A stretch of 64,000 bases of DNA, from contig OX597839.1 of the NCBI GenBank assembly GCA_951406725.2, positions 31,186,001 through 31,250,000 on the forward strand, in the 5' to 3' direction. The number at the start of each line of letters is the position of its first letter. Position 1 is the first letter of the stretch. The DNA is from Octopus vulgaris. Lineage: Eukaryota. The translations under genes were made by a program, and so were the position numbers. Positions 38,029 through 50,949 of the stretch are shown in pieces. The notes beneath the pieces were generated by a model, which saw nothing but the letters and a program-made list of their open reading frames with translations, did not search any database and was not told the DNA's origin.

Positions 38029-38919
38029 CTCTAAACAAAGACCTCAAAAACGTTCTCCTGTGGAGCCAATGCTAACTCCTCCAACAGCACAAATACATTC
38101 TCACTTCACATACCAAACAAACATTATCATAAACCCCTAAAAACACACAATCGTAAGGTTTGATATCCCTTCAGTTACTGAGTCTCCCCTTCACTGAACT
38201 TTATGCACATACATCCCCCCACCCACGCACACACAGAGGCAAAACAAGGTGGAGAAACACTTTATGTACTTAGCAACAATGGAAAAGAGAAATGACCTTC
38301 CTTTTTCAGGACCCAAATTTGTTATCTCAGACCATTACCAATTCTCTAGAAACGGTCTGGTGTGATTTACAATGGAGTTAGGGTTAGTTCTGTTCTGTTT
38401 CTACATCTGAAGGGGAAAAAAAAAAAATTTGAAAAATGATATAGTGGTATGTGTGAGGGCTGGTTCAAGAACTGCTTCCACAACCAGGTGTCTTCCATCA
38501 CAGATGAGGAGAAATTGCTACAGGTTTATCGAAAGCAAACAGCTTATGTGTGGATTACTTTTACAACAAATGATTATCAGTTGAACATACCATGGTATAT
38601 ATAAATGAAGCAAAGAAATACAGCAATCTGATGAGGACACACGGACACACACACATGGAAATAATATCCAAATGCTTTTATGCAAATACAATTCTTCCTG
38701 GTTGATTCTAATAACATATTGAAGCTTGATTTACTGAACATAAACAAACATGGAACTTCTCTCTACACAGATCGGAAGTCCAAGAAGCACAGCACTAATC
38801 TTCAAGAATATCTGTTACCATTTCAAAAAAAAAAAAGAATTTTGCCTGCTAAATGAAACCCACCAGGCAATGTGAAACTCAGAGTAATAGCTACAAGGGA
38901 AAAATACTCATTTGTTGTA

Positions 38920-38971
<52 letters not shown>

Positions 38972-39361
38972 CAGACAGACACACACACACACATGTACTT
39001 ATAAAATATTGCATTATTTTGAATACTCCTGGTTGCCTGATAATCAGTGACATGAAAATCAGAGTAAGGATCAGTGAAGATTTTCAGATTCAATAAAATA
39101 AGATTTTATTCTTTGGTACGTGAGTGCTATTTTCTCCACCTTGTTTTGCATCTGTGTGTGTGTGTGTATAGTTTATCTTTTACTTGTCTGAGTCATTAGA
39201 CTGTGGCCATGCTGAGGCACCACTGAAAAGCTTTTTAGTCGAACAAATCAACCTCAGTGTTTCTTATTTTTAAAGTTTGGTACTTATTTTGTAGTTTGCT
39301 ATTGCCAAACTGCTAAGTTACAGGGATGTAAACACACCAACACTGGTTGTCAAGCGTTGAT

Positions 39362-40470
39362 GTGCAAGGGATCCATCTTGGACCAATGGCTGTCACATTT
39401 CCAGACTCTCTGCTGCACCATTTGTGGGATCTACAACTCAGTTATTTATCACATCCCACATCAACCGGGGTTGATATGGTTTCAACCCTTAGAAGTTGAT
39501 GGGGTTTCCACCCTTCGAAGAGACTATCAAGGTCAGGGAACAGATGAAAAGTGGAAAAGCAGTTACAGTTAATGAAATCCCATCAGAGATTGAAGAATGG
39601 GGGGGGAGGGGGGGCTGGTGTTGACACCAAACATTCATGAGTTTTTATGTCGGCTACAAAAAATAAAGAAAACTAATACAGGGTCTCTGATACAGACATC
39701 GGACCCCACAAGATGTAGTGATGGGGAGTCTGACTGCTCCAACTACTGGGGGGGAAGCTGGGCTCCACCTTCTCCCACCATTACAGTTGCAATCATTGTA
39801 AGAATACTCCTGGATAGATTGGTTCTTGTCATTGCAGAAGAACACAGCCCTATGGAACCAATATGGATTCGGAACCAATAGAAGCACCACTGATATGGAA
39901 TTGCGTTGAGTCAAAGAGTTTTGCAATATTTTGGTTACTTATTCGCTTTATTCGTCGAGTTCCAGCAAAAGCAGTCAAGCATTCAAAGTAGAGGCCATTG
40001 TGTTGCCCCCTTTTCTGCCAGTTCTTTAATCCCATGCTGATACCAGTTCTTGTCGTTTGAGGGGAAGAACTCCTTCGCTGAAACATCCACCTCTTCTCAG
40101 TTGATGAAATATTGCAAGCGCAGTGAAGACAAGAACCGGTGTCAGCATGGGATTAAAGAACTGCCAGAAATGGTAGATCCAGACGGTGCCACACAATGGC
40201 CTCTACTTTGAATTCTAGGCTGTTTTTGTTGGAACTTGACAAATAAAGCAAACAAGTTGCCAGAATATTGCAAAACTTTTGACTCAATGCAATATTTATA
40301 CTCTGATGGCTCCAAGAGAAATGTAGAGATCAGAACAAAGGACTGGACGTCTGGAGAATTGACCCAAGCATTTGACATAAAGATCATTGTGTTTCAAAGC
40401 CGCTGTACTGGTCATCTTCCTTCTTATGCAACTCCAAGTTGTGGGTTGCCCACCACATTCACCTCCGACC
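39362..40470 (+). mobile_element. Decayed RTE-clade LINE fragment (N-terminal RT domain), interrupted by a foldback insertion
   Basis: Remnant motifs ILDQWLSHFQTL, PPFEETIKVREQMKSGKAVTVNEIPSEI, SDCSNYWG, RILLDRLVLVIAEE, QYGFGTNRSTTDM | insertion | FIL*WLQEKCRDQNKGL and LTQAFD match the motif order of the N-terminal LINE RT domain. Confidence 0.85.
39901..40292. mobile_element. Foldback MITE (~150 bp imperfect inverted arms) inserted at a TA site within the LINE
   Basis: TTGCGTTGAGTCAAAGAGTTTTGCAATATT... pairs with ...AATATTGCAAAACTTTTGACTCAATGCAA. Flanked by AA and TA. Removing it restores the RT reading D-M-V-F-I-L. Confidence 0.8.
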
Positions 40471-43195
40471 CACAAGCATTGCCTCTTCACCGTTTCCAGA
40501 ATCTACTGGATTAATTTTCAACTGGGCAGAAAACACTGGGTCTGAGGTGACGTAAAGAGGGACTGAACTTGAGACTTCATAGTTGGAAAGTGAAATTCTT
40601 AACCAGACAACCAGCCACAAATTCATGGCTTTTTTCTGTCCTGGAAGCCGACCTGGCACCCCAGCACCCGACTTCTTACATCACTGTTTGATTTATGGTT
40701 CCGGTTGATAAGACAGGCTGTGTTTCCCCAGTTTGTCTGGTCTGCTGCTGCAGGTGGTGGTGGTGGTGGTGGGGATGGTGGTGGGGGATAGTGGATAACA
40801 TTGTCTGTCTGACTGTAGTAGTAATGGTTGGGTGGGTAGGTGGGTGGTGCTGTAGAAAGAGAGAAGTTCAGAAGGTGACTACCCTGATGGTGGCAGCAGT
40901 GGTGGTGGTGGTGGTGGGGAGGATGGTAGTAGTGAAACAGTTCAGAGGGAATATATAAATGATAGTGGGTGGTGGTGGTGGTGGTGGTGGTGGCGGTGGT
41001 AGGATGGCAGTTGTTACCCTTGCAGCAGCAGCAGCAACTCTTGTATCTCTGCTTTGAAGGTGTGTTAAATGTGAAACAAGAGGATTTATATACTGAAAGG
41101 GCCAGGAAGGGCCACAGCAACCTCTCCTATTTATCACTGAAAAAACGGGGTGGGGAGGAATAAAGAGGAAAAGTAAAAAGTTACCAGGGGGGGGTGGAGT
41201 GGAAGGGAGGGATGAGGAAGTGGAGGGAAGAGAGTAGTAGGGAGAAGAAGGGAGTTGTAGAAATTAGAAAGACATGAGTGAGGTAGAGAGAGAGAGAGAG
41301 AGTGAGGTGGAGATGGAGAAACTACATGTGTATGTATGTATATTATATCAATGAAATATGATGTATATATATATATATAATCACTTATAATGAAGGCTAA
41401 AATCTTTATAGGATTTTATTAAGTAGCCTGTAATGAACCATTTAGGTGAAAAATTAATACAAAGTATTTAATTTTATGAATATGATTATCGTAAGGGCAG
41501 CTAATGAGTAGGGAAATACATCCCTAAACTAGAAACCATTCTATGGCTCAACCTTTTAAGAAAATCTCTTTTGTTCATTTCGCTCACTTTCAGCCTGTGT
41601 CCATGTGATAAATGAGGTAGTTTTAGAGCCATTTGGCATCTACTTCTAGCATGTGGCACTACTCAGTAATTGGCCTTATTATCATTATATATGTATGTGT
41701 GTGTGTGTGTTGGCTGGCATTTGTGTTTATAAATGGGGAAAAGTACTCATCACATGATGTAGAGTATGTCTGTTTCAGTAGAATCCGAAATACCTGGCAT
41801 TGTTGCAATGAGTTTCACATTACTGAATATTCAGATAATGAATATTGAAATTTCTTTTTCAGAACAGGGAGGAAAGCAAGAGCCCAACAATAATTATTAA
41901 TAATTCTGAGTGAGGAGGGGAGAAGATTAAAAACGGATTATCAGGGTTGAATTGACCTGCTTTAGGGAGAAAACAAAAAATGACAATTTGATGCCGGTGG
42001 CACATAAAAAGCACCATCCGATCATGGCCGTTTGCCAGCCTCGCCTGGCACCTGTGCCGGTAGCACGTAAAAAGCACCCACTACACTCATGGAGTGGTTG
42101 GCGTTAGGAAGGGCATCCAGCCGTAGAAACATTGCCAGATCAGACTGGGCCTGGTGCAGCCTCCTAGCTTCCCAGACCCCAGTTCAACCGTCCAACCCAT
42201 GCTAGCATGGAAAGCGGATGTTAAATGATGATGATGATTATGATCTCTGTGGTAAAGATTGTTCACCAACATAACATGGGGCAGTCCTGGTTTAGGATGA
42301 ATGTTGCTGTAGTTTAGCCCCAGGACTGCCATGTTATGTTGGCAAACGATCTTTACTCCAAAGTACTGTTGCTGAATATCTCTCATTGTGAGATTTAGAA
42401 ATAGTAATTTTCTAATTTGATCTGCCTTTGTTTTTGTTGTCCTTTTCCTCTAAGATATACCTGCTAACACAGAAGCCTAATGCAGATCCCTAGCTCCCTA
42501 ACACATGACCAATTATAGCACTTAACATACCTACTCATTTAGATCACCATTGAATACATACACATACATATATACATATGATGCCAGACTCCCCTGGCAC
42601 CTGTGCCGGTGGCACGTAAAAAGCACCCACTACACTTGCGGAGTGGTTGGCGTTAGGAAGGGCATCCACCTGTTGAAACACTGCCAGATCAGACTGGAGC
42701 CTGGTGCAGCCCTTGGCTTCCCAGACCCTGATCGAACCGTCCAACCTGTGATAGCGCGGAAAACGGACGTTAAACGATGATGATGATGATATATATACAT
42801 ATATATATATAGTTTTGTTGTGTATGTGAGTAGCTGTAGACAATTACCAAAAATGTATTCTAATCAGAATAAGTGAAACAAAGAATGAAAAACGCTGTCC
42901 CTTTTGACAATTCACCTGACAAGACACACCTGCATTTATGATGCACTACAACTATTTGTACAGCATCTCACCTGCAGGGAACTGATGCATAACGGGTTGA
43001 AACAGTTGTAGTGATTAATAAAGAATCTTGTGAATGCCATTTCCCTTCTCTTTCTCTCATATCTTATAAACTCTACAGATGGGAAAGAATTCCCAAAGTA
43101 AATCCAGTGACATTTAAACATGTGCTGTTGATAACATCACGTAGCCAAATATAGTGAACAAGCTTTAAATGCAAAGTATACACCCAAATTTGAAA

Positions 43196-43229
<34 letters not shown>

Positions 43230-43238
43230 CACATACAT

Positions 43239-43456
43239 GAGGGGTGCTGAAAAGTTCTTGGCTTTGGGTAAAAGAAAATATAGCACGAGGATCAGTTGAT
43301 TATGATTTTATTCAATATATTCCCCTCTCAGGTTCACTCAGTTGTTGCAGTGGTCCTTCAGGTTTTCTAAGCCCTGTAAAAGAACTCGAAAGGTTGCATC
43401 TGCAACCATGCCTTTTGCAATACTCTTAAAACCAGGAACTTTCCAGCACACCCCTT
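43239..43456. mobile_element. Mariner-type MITE
   Basis: TIRs GAGGGGTGCTGAAAAGTTCTTGGCTTT / AAAACCAGGAACTTTCCAGCACACCCCT. Confidence 0.75.
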
Positions 43457-45635
43457 TGTGTATATTGATCCCCCCAATTAAGAGTGGATGTTGTGTTTGA
43501 ACACAAAATACTGCATTATTGGGTAACCTTGTACTTCCTCTACAGCAAGACACCTGTATCTGTCTCACTCTAACCTTTTCATCATTGCCTCCTTCCCTCT
43601 TAAAAGTTTTTCTGCCTTGCAAGTACTTGGTGACCCTGTCAGTGCAGGTGCCACTTAACAGCACCCAGTCCACATGGTAAAGTGGTTGGCATTTGGAAGG
43701 GCATCCAGCTGTAAAACCCTTGCCAAAACTGACCTTGCCTGTGCTTGTGCCACGTAAAAAGCATTAAGTCCACTCTACTGAGTGGTTGGTGTTAGGAAGG
43801 GCATCCAGCTGTAAAAATCCTGCCAAAACAGTCACAGAGCCTGGCTGGCTCTTGTGGTACTGTCCCACCCATGCTAGCATGGAAGACAGACGTTAAATGA
43901 TGATGATGAAGATAAATATATATATATAAATACACATACATAAATGTTTATGTCTGTGTGTATGACTTTATTAGTCACATATATATGTTTGCATTAATGA
44001 CAGAGAGACCAGAGGCCACCTCATTAATTCCGGACTATGTTAATGGTCAGGTCACATGACTTCCACCTACACACACACACATATCTATATGATGTGTAAG
44101 AATAAATATTTCACAGCTGTTGGTGGCTGTAGAAATACATAATGATTGTTTCATTAGTAGAATAGATCCTACTGGTTGGAGTCTAGATTAATGAAGAATG
44201 AACCCTACCCAGTCAATGACCTCCTCCATACATAACTCATTAACAAAGAGATCAGTGTTGACCAACCGACCCCAGCATCTTACGTACATTCTTCGTGTGT
44301 TTTCTCTCTTCCTCACTGGAACGTCACTGTTTGTTTTCTCAGGCCACATCCTTGAGAAGAAAATCGGCAAAGAAAAGGGGCTTGTTCTTTTCAGTCAGCA
44401 CTGTATATGGGTGTGTGTATTTATGAATGTATGTGTTGACAAAGGTGTGTATACATGTGTGCACATATATGTGTGTGTGTGTGTATATATATATATATAC
44501 CTACACACACACATATATAATATATATATAGGAGCAGGTGTGGTAAGAAGCTTACTTCCCAACCACATGGTTCCAGGTTCAGTTCCACTGCGTGACACTC
44601 TGGGTTCTTCTACTATAGACTTGGGCTGACCAAAGCCTTGTAAATGGTTTTGGGAGACGGAAACTGAAAGAAGCCTGTTGAATATATATATATATATAAA
44701 TGAAGAGTGTAGGCTTGAAACCAAAACCATTTTCATTTTCCCAAGCACCAAACTCATACACCTGTCCTCGTCATTTGTTTTTCTATAAATATATAACGAT
44801 TGATGCAGAGGAGATACATGGCCACTGTCAACAAGAAAGCACCAGTTGTTGTCTGTGTTCCACTTTACAAAGCCATATTACTTGTATAATGTGTGTGTCT
44901 TTAATTATCAGTTGAGACCCTGGAGGTAGTGGAGTCTCATTGGTTGTTTTTTCAACTGTGACTGATCAAATCTATCCCACTCCAGCCATTTGGTGATATG
45001 AAACAGCATAAACCAAATGTCTAAATGGTTAAAAAGAGACGATGAGCGATGGCTAGAAGTATATTGAGTTCTTCATAACCAGCTGATCTAGCAAGCGGGG
45101 CCTCATATCATTGAGGAGGGCCAGTGCGCATTGATGCCGTCGAAAGGTAGGCCCCGAAACGGCGTGCATTCACTCCTGATGACCCCATACACTTACTAGC
45201 TTCCGGTATACGGAGCTTTTAACTGGTAGCACTTGCATGTGCAAGTTGTTTGCAAGACATCAGATGTATAATTCACACACTGATGATTGTGCAGCACCTT
45301 ATGAAACCCCAAGTATATATAGGACTGCACTATTGTGTATGCCCTTCTTTTTGAAAACAATAAGGTACGGTTGATGAAAATGTTGCTACTATTTCTAGCA
45401 GCTTGGACGACCATATAGTGTCTACTTTATCATCTCAAGGTGACTCTGTGGTGGTGGGCAACAGTTGTAGATATGTTAACATCCAACATTCACCTCTCAT
45501 TTCACACTCATTGCCTGTCTTTCATCTCACATTATCTCTTTTTTTTCTATCGTAGTCTTTCTTTCATTCACTTCTCTTCTTTCTCTTCTCACTCATTCAC
45601 AAACTCTGTCTTGGTTGGGGTGGGGGTGTATAATG

Positions 45636-45675
<40 letters not shown>

Positions 45676-45764
45676 CTGTATAGTTGTGTGTGTGTCTACA
45701 CACACATATATACTCATATTGATAAATATATATATATATGTATGAAAGTACACATACATATGCC

Positions 45765-45821
<57 letters not shown>

Positions 45822-46465
45822 AATACATGTATACACACTATTTAACACCTTTCTTACTTGTCACATCACAGTATCATGGCATATTCCATATGCTAGGATA
45901 TCGGCATATGGAATGTATATTCATTAATACACACACACACACACATGCTGTAAACATATACACTTATACACTCACATATAAGTGTGCACATAAACACATG
46001 CATACATAAATGTATAAAATTACTCACACCCATATTGCCATGGATATTGTGCAGACCTTATAATATACACCCTTTCATTACATATGACGTATGTTATATT
46101 AAATCATACATGATATATATACAGACCCCTATTTTATATCTGTGTGTGTTATGCATATATGTATATATATTCATTACATGTAATTTATCTGTTACATATA
46201 TATTTATGAATATCATATTCATTATACTTATATATAATGTGTATATTATATGTATACGCCTATATGATATATATATCTATATCTATATATATGTATAATA
46301 TATGGTGCAAGCATGGTTGTGAGGTTAAGAAACTTGTTTCCCAACCACATGGTTCTGGGTTCAATCCCACTGTTTGGCACCTAGGGCAAGTGCTTTCTAC
46401 TATAGACTTCAACCAACCGAAGTCTTGTGAATGGATTTGGTGGACAGAAACTGAAAGAAGCCTGT

Positions 46466-46499
<34 letters not shown>

Positions 46500-46505
46500 G
46501 ATACA

Positions 46506-47387
46506 CAGGGTGCAGTAAATATATTGTCGTATAAATTACCCCAAAATGAAAAAAAACACTGACATCTCATTTTAAAAGATATATTTACCAAAATTCCATA
46601 AAAATATCTTGAAATGCAAGAGAGTAAATGTATTCAATAAAATCACCTTTGACTTCAAGCACAGCCTCCAGACGACTTTGGAATCTCCTGCAACTCTTCC
46701 GGACAGTCTCCTTGTTGAAGTTGGTGAATGCTGCTATAACCCTTGCCTTCAGTTCATCTTTGGTGTCACAAGGAGTTTTGTTGGTCTTTTGCACCCTATA
46801 TATAATAATGAAGGGGTTTGCAGTCTGGGGGAATTAGATGGTCAGATGTTAGGGGTGATGTGATTGCAGAAATTGTCTGACAGCCATGACTGGGTTCTCC
46901 TGATTGTGTGGCATGGTTCAGAGTCCTGTTGCCAGACATAGGGTCTTCCAGCAGCCACCCTCTTGATCAAGGAGAGCATTACCTCCTCTAGGTACTTGAT
47001 GTAGGCCTCCGTGTTGAGTCTGAGGCTGTGTGGGAAGATGAATGGAAGCATAACGTCACCATCACTATTGATCATTCCAAACACCATGATGTTGATTGGA
47101 TGTTTGAATTTTATCACTCTTGGTACATGTCTTCAGATCGCACTGTCCTCAAATTGACACCCAAATACTCTGAAATGTTTGTATTGGAGCTTTTGGCATG
47201 AATGCCAAGCAGTACAGCATGATGTCATTTCCAAATTTCTAGCAGAAGGAATTGCATCATGGTGCTGTTTTTCTCACAGATGGTGCCCAACTGACCCTAC
47301 TATACTGTGTAGTTGACAAAATCGAAAACAATGTGCATGGGTGAAATTAAAAACATAAAATGGTAGCAATTTACCCATTACACCCTG
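46506..47387 (-). mobile_element. Internally deleted Tc1/mariner-superfamily DNA transposon, DD37D (maT-type), copy 1
   Basis: Termini CAGGGTG...CACCCTG. Minus strand encodes KHPINIMVFGMINSDGDVMLPFIFP...YVWQQDSEPCH...ITPNI*PSNSPDCKPL; 37 residues separate the WQQD Asp from the third catalytic position (PLD in copy 2). N-terminal half mostly missing. Inserted in the central microsatellite of a SINE. Confidence 0.9.
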
Positions 47388-48324
47388 TGTGTGTGTGTGT
47401 CTTTGTCCCCTGCCATTGCTTGACAACCATTGTTTGTATGTTTACACCCATGTAACTTAACAGATCAGCTAAAGAGACCAATAGAATAACTACCAGGCTT
47501 TAAAAAATGTAAGTACTGGGGTGGATTCATTTGGTTGAAAATTCTTGAAGGTGGTACCCCAGTATGGCCGCACTCTAATGACTGAAACAAGTAAATGATA
47601 AAAGATAAAAAGGGTCAAGAAATCAATATTTAACCTTAAACAAGTATCTTCACCAACAGATATTCCCAAGCATCAGGTGTTTTGGGGGAAATACAGAACT
47701 ATAGTCATTTGGAAATTCGAGAAAACAACGGAACAATTCCTCCTGTGTAAATTCTTCAGGAATCACTAAGCACCATTAAAACGGATTCTTTAGTGATGGC
47801 CACATCAACAGAACTGAGGTCCTAGATAATAATTGATATATTTGGAAACCTATCAATCATTTCTCTTCCCCTGTCTCTCTTTTATTCCTGACTCAAAAAT
47901 TAACCAATATCCTGTGTCTTTAGAGTTGCCACTGATATCGAATCTAACACTTCCGGTAGGTGTGGGAGACCGTCTGCGGTAGGGCGTATCTCTTTGGATA
48001 TCCTTTGCAATCAGAACAGCTCGTGTTTCTGTAAATCAATTAATTATGGTCGTCACAGACATAAACTAGTTTCATTATCAAAGTCTCGTTATCAAAGTTA
48101 CGAGTCATAAATAAATTCACAATGTTGATTCGTTTAGTTAGTTCGTTTGCATGCATACACGGAGACGCACTTCAAAAGAAGATTATACACACACACACAC
48201 ACATATATATATACACACACACACATACACACTCATATATATATACACACACACATATATATAATATACATATCTATTTATTTATCTACAAAATATGGGG
48301 GTTTAGTTCACAGTTGATCTATGC

Positions 48325-48600
48325 TGGGTAAGTGCTGTAACGGATTACCAGGGCTCCAAGGTTGTAGCTGGGACTACCAGGGCTCCAAGGTTGTAGCTGG
48401 GACGGGAGTCATGGAACCATTGTAGATTTTTGATATGGCAGGTATATAATCGTTAAAGAGGGCAACAAACGCTGAGGCAAGACAAGCATCTCATGTCGTA
48501 TATGTTGTTGTTATTATTGGAAAAGTTCAAAGTCTTACAGCTGTTTCTGGGATATCCCAGAGTATGGGATATTCTGTCATCGGAGAGAGAAATAGGGGAA
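48325..48600. repeat. Unclassified dispersed repeat; second copy at ~54100-54360
   Basis: GGGCTCCAAGGTT(G/A)TAGC...ATGGA(A/G)CCATTG(T/C)AGATTTTTGAT...GTTAAAGAG is shared; the 48 kb copy has an internal 29-bp tandem duplication (~48345-48403). Confidence 0.7.
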
Positions 48601-48696
48601 ATGAGAAGAGTATAGATCAAGGAAAGGATATTGATTAATGAAATGACATCATGAGATGTTTGTCTTGCCTTTACGTTTGTTGTCTTCTTTCACAAT

Positions 48697-48729
48697 TATC
48701 TATCTGTCTGTCTGTCTATCTATCTATCC

Positions 48730-48808
<79 letters not shown>

Positions 48809-48834
48809 CATCTGTCTGTCTGTTCGTCCGTCCG

Positions 48835-48901
<67 letters not shown>

Positions 48902-48968
48902 GTGTCTATCTGTCTGTCTATCTGTCTGTCTGTCTATCTACCTACCTACCCGTCTATCTGTCTATCTC
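48697..48968. repeat. (TATC)n/(TGTC)n compound microsatellite
   Basis: Direct reading; a degenerate equivalent lies at ~56635-57050. Confidence 0.95.
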
Positions 48969-49527
48969 AAATAAAAGGTGTTGTGAAGTGTGACACGTAA
49001 TCACAGGATCAGGGTCAGTTGTGGGTGTCACACTCCACTCCAGGAATACTGGCCAAGTCATAGAAATACTACTACTACTAACGATAATAATCAAGAGAAA
49101 ACAGGTATTCGGTGCTTTACAGAGCACAGATGCAATCCAGCTAATTGTTGTTGCAATTAGATATAATGTTTCTACAACCTTTATGTAATTATTATGGCAA
49201 TTTGCTGAAAATGCTTGCATGAAAGTCACGCTTGCTTCCAACTGTCATGCGATGTCAAGGCAAGGCCCACACACACACACAACACATAAGGCCCACACAC
49301 ACACTCAAATATACATATGATGGACCTGTTTCAGTTTGTGCCTGTCAAATCCTTTCACAAGGCGTTGGTTGGCCCAGGGCTATGGTAGACACTTACTGAA
49401 GGTGCCACACAGTGGAACAGAACCTCAAATTATGAGATTTGGGAGCGAACTTCTTACCATACAGTCACACCTACACTTGTGTGTGGGCATGTGTACACAC
49501 AAACACACACACACACACACACACATA

Positions 49528-49763
49528 CAGGGTGGCCCAAAAATAGGTTTACAGTGGTCACATAGGCACTTTAAATTTCTTTTAAAACATTTTATTACAT
49601 TTAAGTTTCTATTTTACAAACTGAAAAGGGAGCTTGACAAAATTAACTAAATTAGCAGAGAATAATGGTTCCATATCTTTTTTATAATTAAGATCTAAGC
49701 TGTTAATTTATGAATGCAAAAGAGATAGTTCAATAACTGTAAACCTACTTTTTGGCCACTCTG
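49528..49763. mobile_element. Tc1/mariner-type MITE
   Basis: 28-bp TIRs TA|CAGGGTGGCCCAAAAATAGGTTTACAGT / ACTGTAAACCTACTTTTTGGCCACTCTG. Confidence 0.85.
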
Positions 49764-49840
49764 TGTATATATATAAGATAAGAAATGGTAAGAATTGGGT
49801 GTTTGAAGTGGTGTACAAGGTGGACAAATATTGGATATTA

Positions 49841-50003
49841 GAGAAGAAGAAGGCAGAATTTTGGATAATTCTTTCTTAACACTTTTCTTCATTTATTGAA
49901 CTTGTCAAGACAAAAATGAAGATGATTTTGTCTGACAAGTTCAATAAATGAATGAAAACGCTAATAAAGAATTATCCAAAATTCTGACTGCCTCCTTTTT
50001 CTC
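49841..50003. repeat. ~160 bp hairpin (about 75 bp arms, about 7 nt loop)
   Basis: CAGAATTTTGGATAATTCTTT...TTCATTTATTGAACTTGTCAAGACAAAA vs TTTTGTCTGACAAGTTCAATAAATGAA...AAAGAATTATCCAAAATTCTG. Confidence 0.85.
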
Positions 50004-50174
50004 AATAAATAAATAATTAAATAAATATAAAATATATATATATATATATATACACATACACATGCACATATACATATATACACATATATATGCATGTATA
50101 TACATGGATATGCATACATATATATATATACATATGTATATACATATATATGTACATATATATATATATACATA

Positions 50175-50218
<44 letters not shown>

Positions 50219-50819
50219 TATATATGTGTATATGTATATATGTACATATATATATCATCATCGTTTAACGTCCGTTTTCCATGCTAGCATGGGTTGGACG
50301 GTTCAACTGGGGTCTGGGAAGCCAGGAGGCTGCACCAGGCCCAGTCTGATCTGGCAGTGTTTCTACAGTGTTTCTACATATATATATATATGTAAATGCA
50401 CACACATATAGTTCTCAAACAACAGCACGACCACGACCACCACCTTCAACTGCAACCACAAAGTATTTTATCAATTGTTTCAACTATTTTTAGTAACATA
50501 GACTTTTTTTTCTTTACATGTTAAACAGTAATATACATGCACATATATACACACATATATATATGTGTGTGTGCATGTATATATATGTATGTATATATGT
50601 ACATATATGTGTGTGTGAGTTGTCCATGGATATATATATATATATATACACACATACAAACATTACAAACACACACATATATGCTCATATTTTCCTACAT
50701 ATTCCATGTTAGATACATACATACATATATATGTATCTGTGAGAGTGTATATATATCTGAATATGTGTATGTATATTTATTTATACCTGTACATATATAT
50801 ATATATGTTTATTTATACT

Positions 50820-50859
<40 letters not shown>

Positions 50860-50949
50860 CTGTGTGTGTGTGTGTGAATGTCTGTATATGTGTGTGGATG
50901 TGTCTGTGTGCACACCCACAGCTCAAGAAGAGATAAGAACGAACAGGAA

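Noticed and set aside
40459-41137. Minus-strand ORFs suggesting a first coding exon (MNLWLVVWLRISL...)
   Set aside because: The hydrophobic stretch is a decayed family A SINE head; the rest is (CAC)n low complexity.
45097-45182. HDV-like ribozyme interpretation
   Set aside because: P1, P3 and a possible P1.1 can be drawn, but L3 is non-consensus and no P2 partner or J4/2 catalytic C context is evident. Kept only as a generic structured-RNA candidate.
46585-47117. Active transposase gene
   Set aside because: In-frame stop, loss of the third catalytic Asp in this copy and deletion of the N-terminal half; annotated as a defective element.
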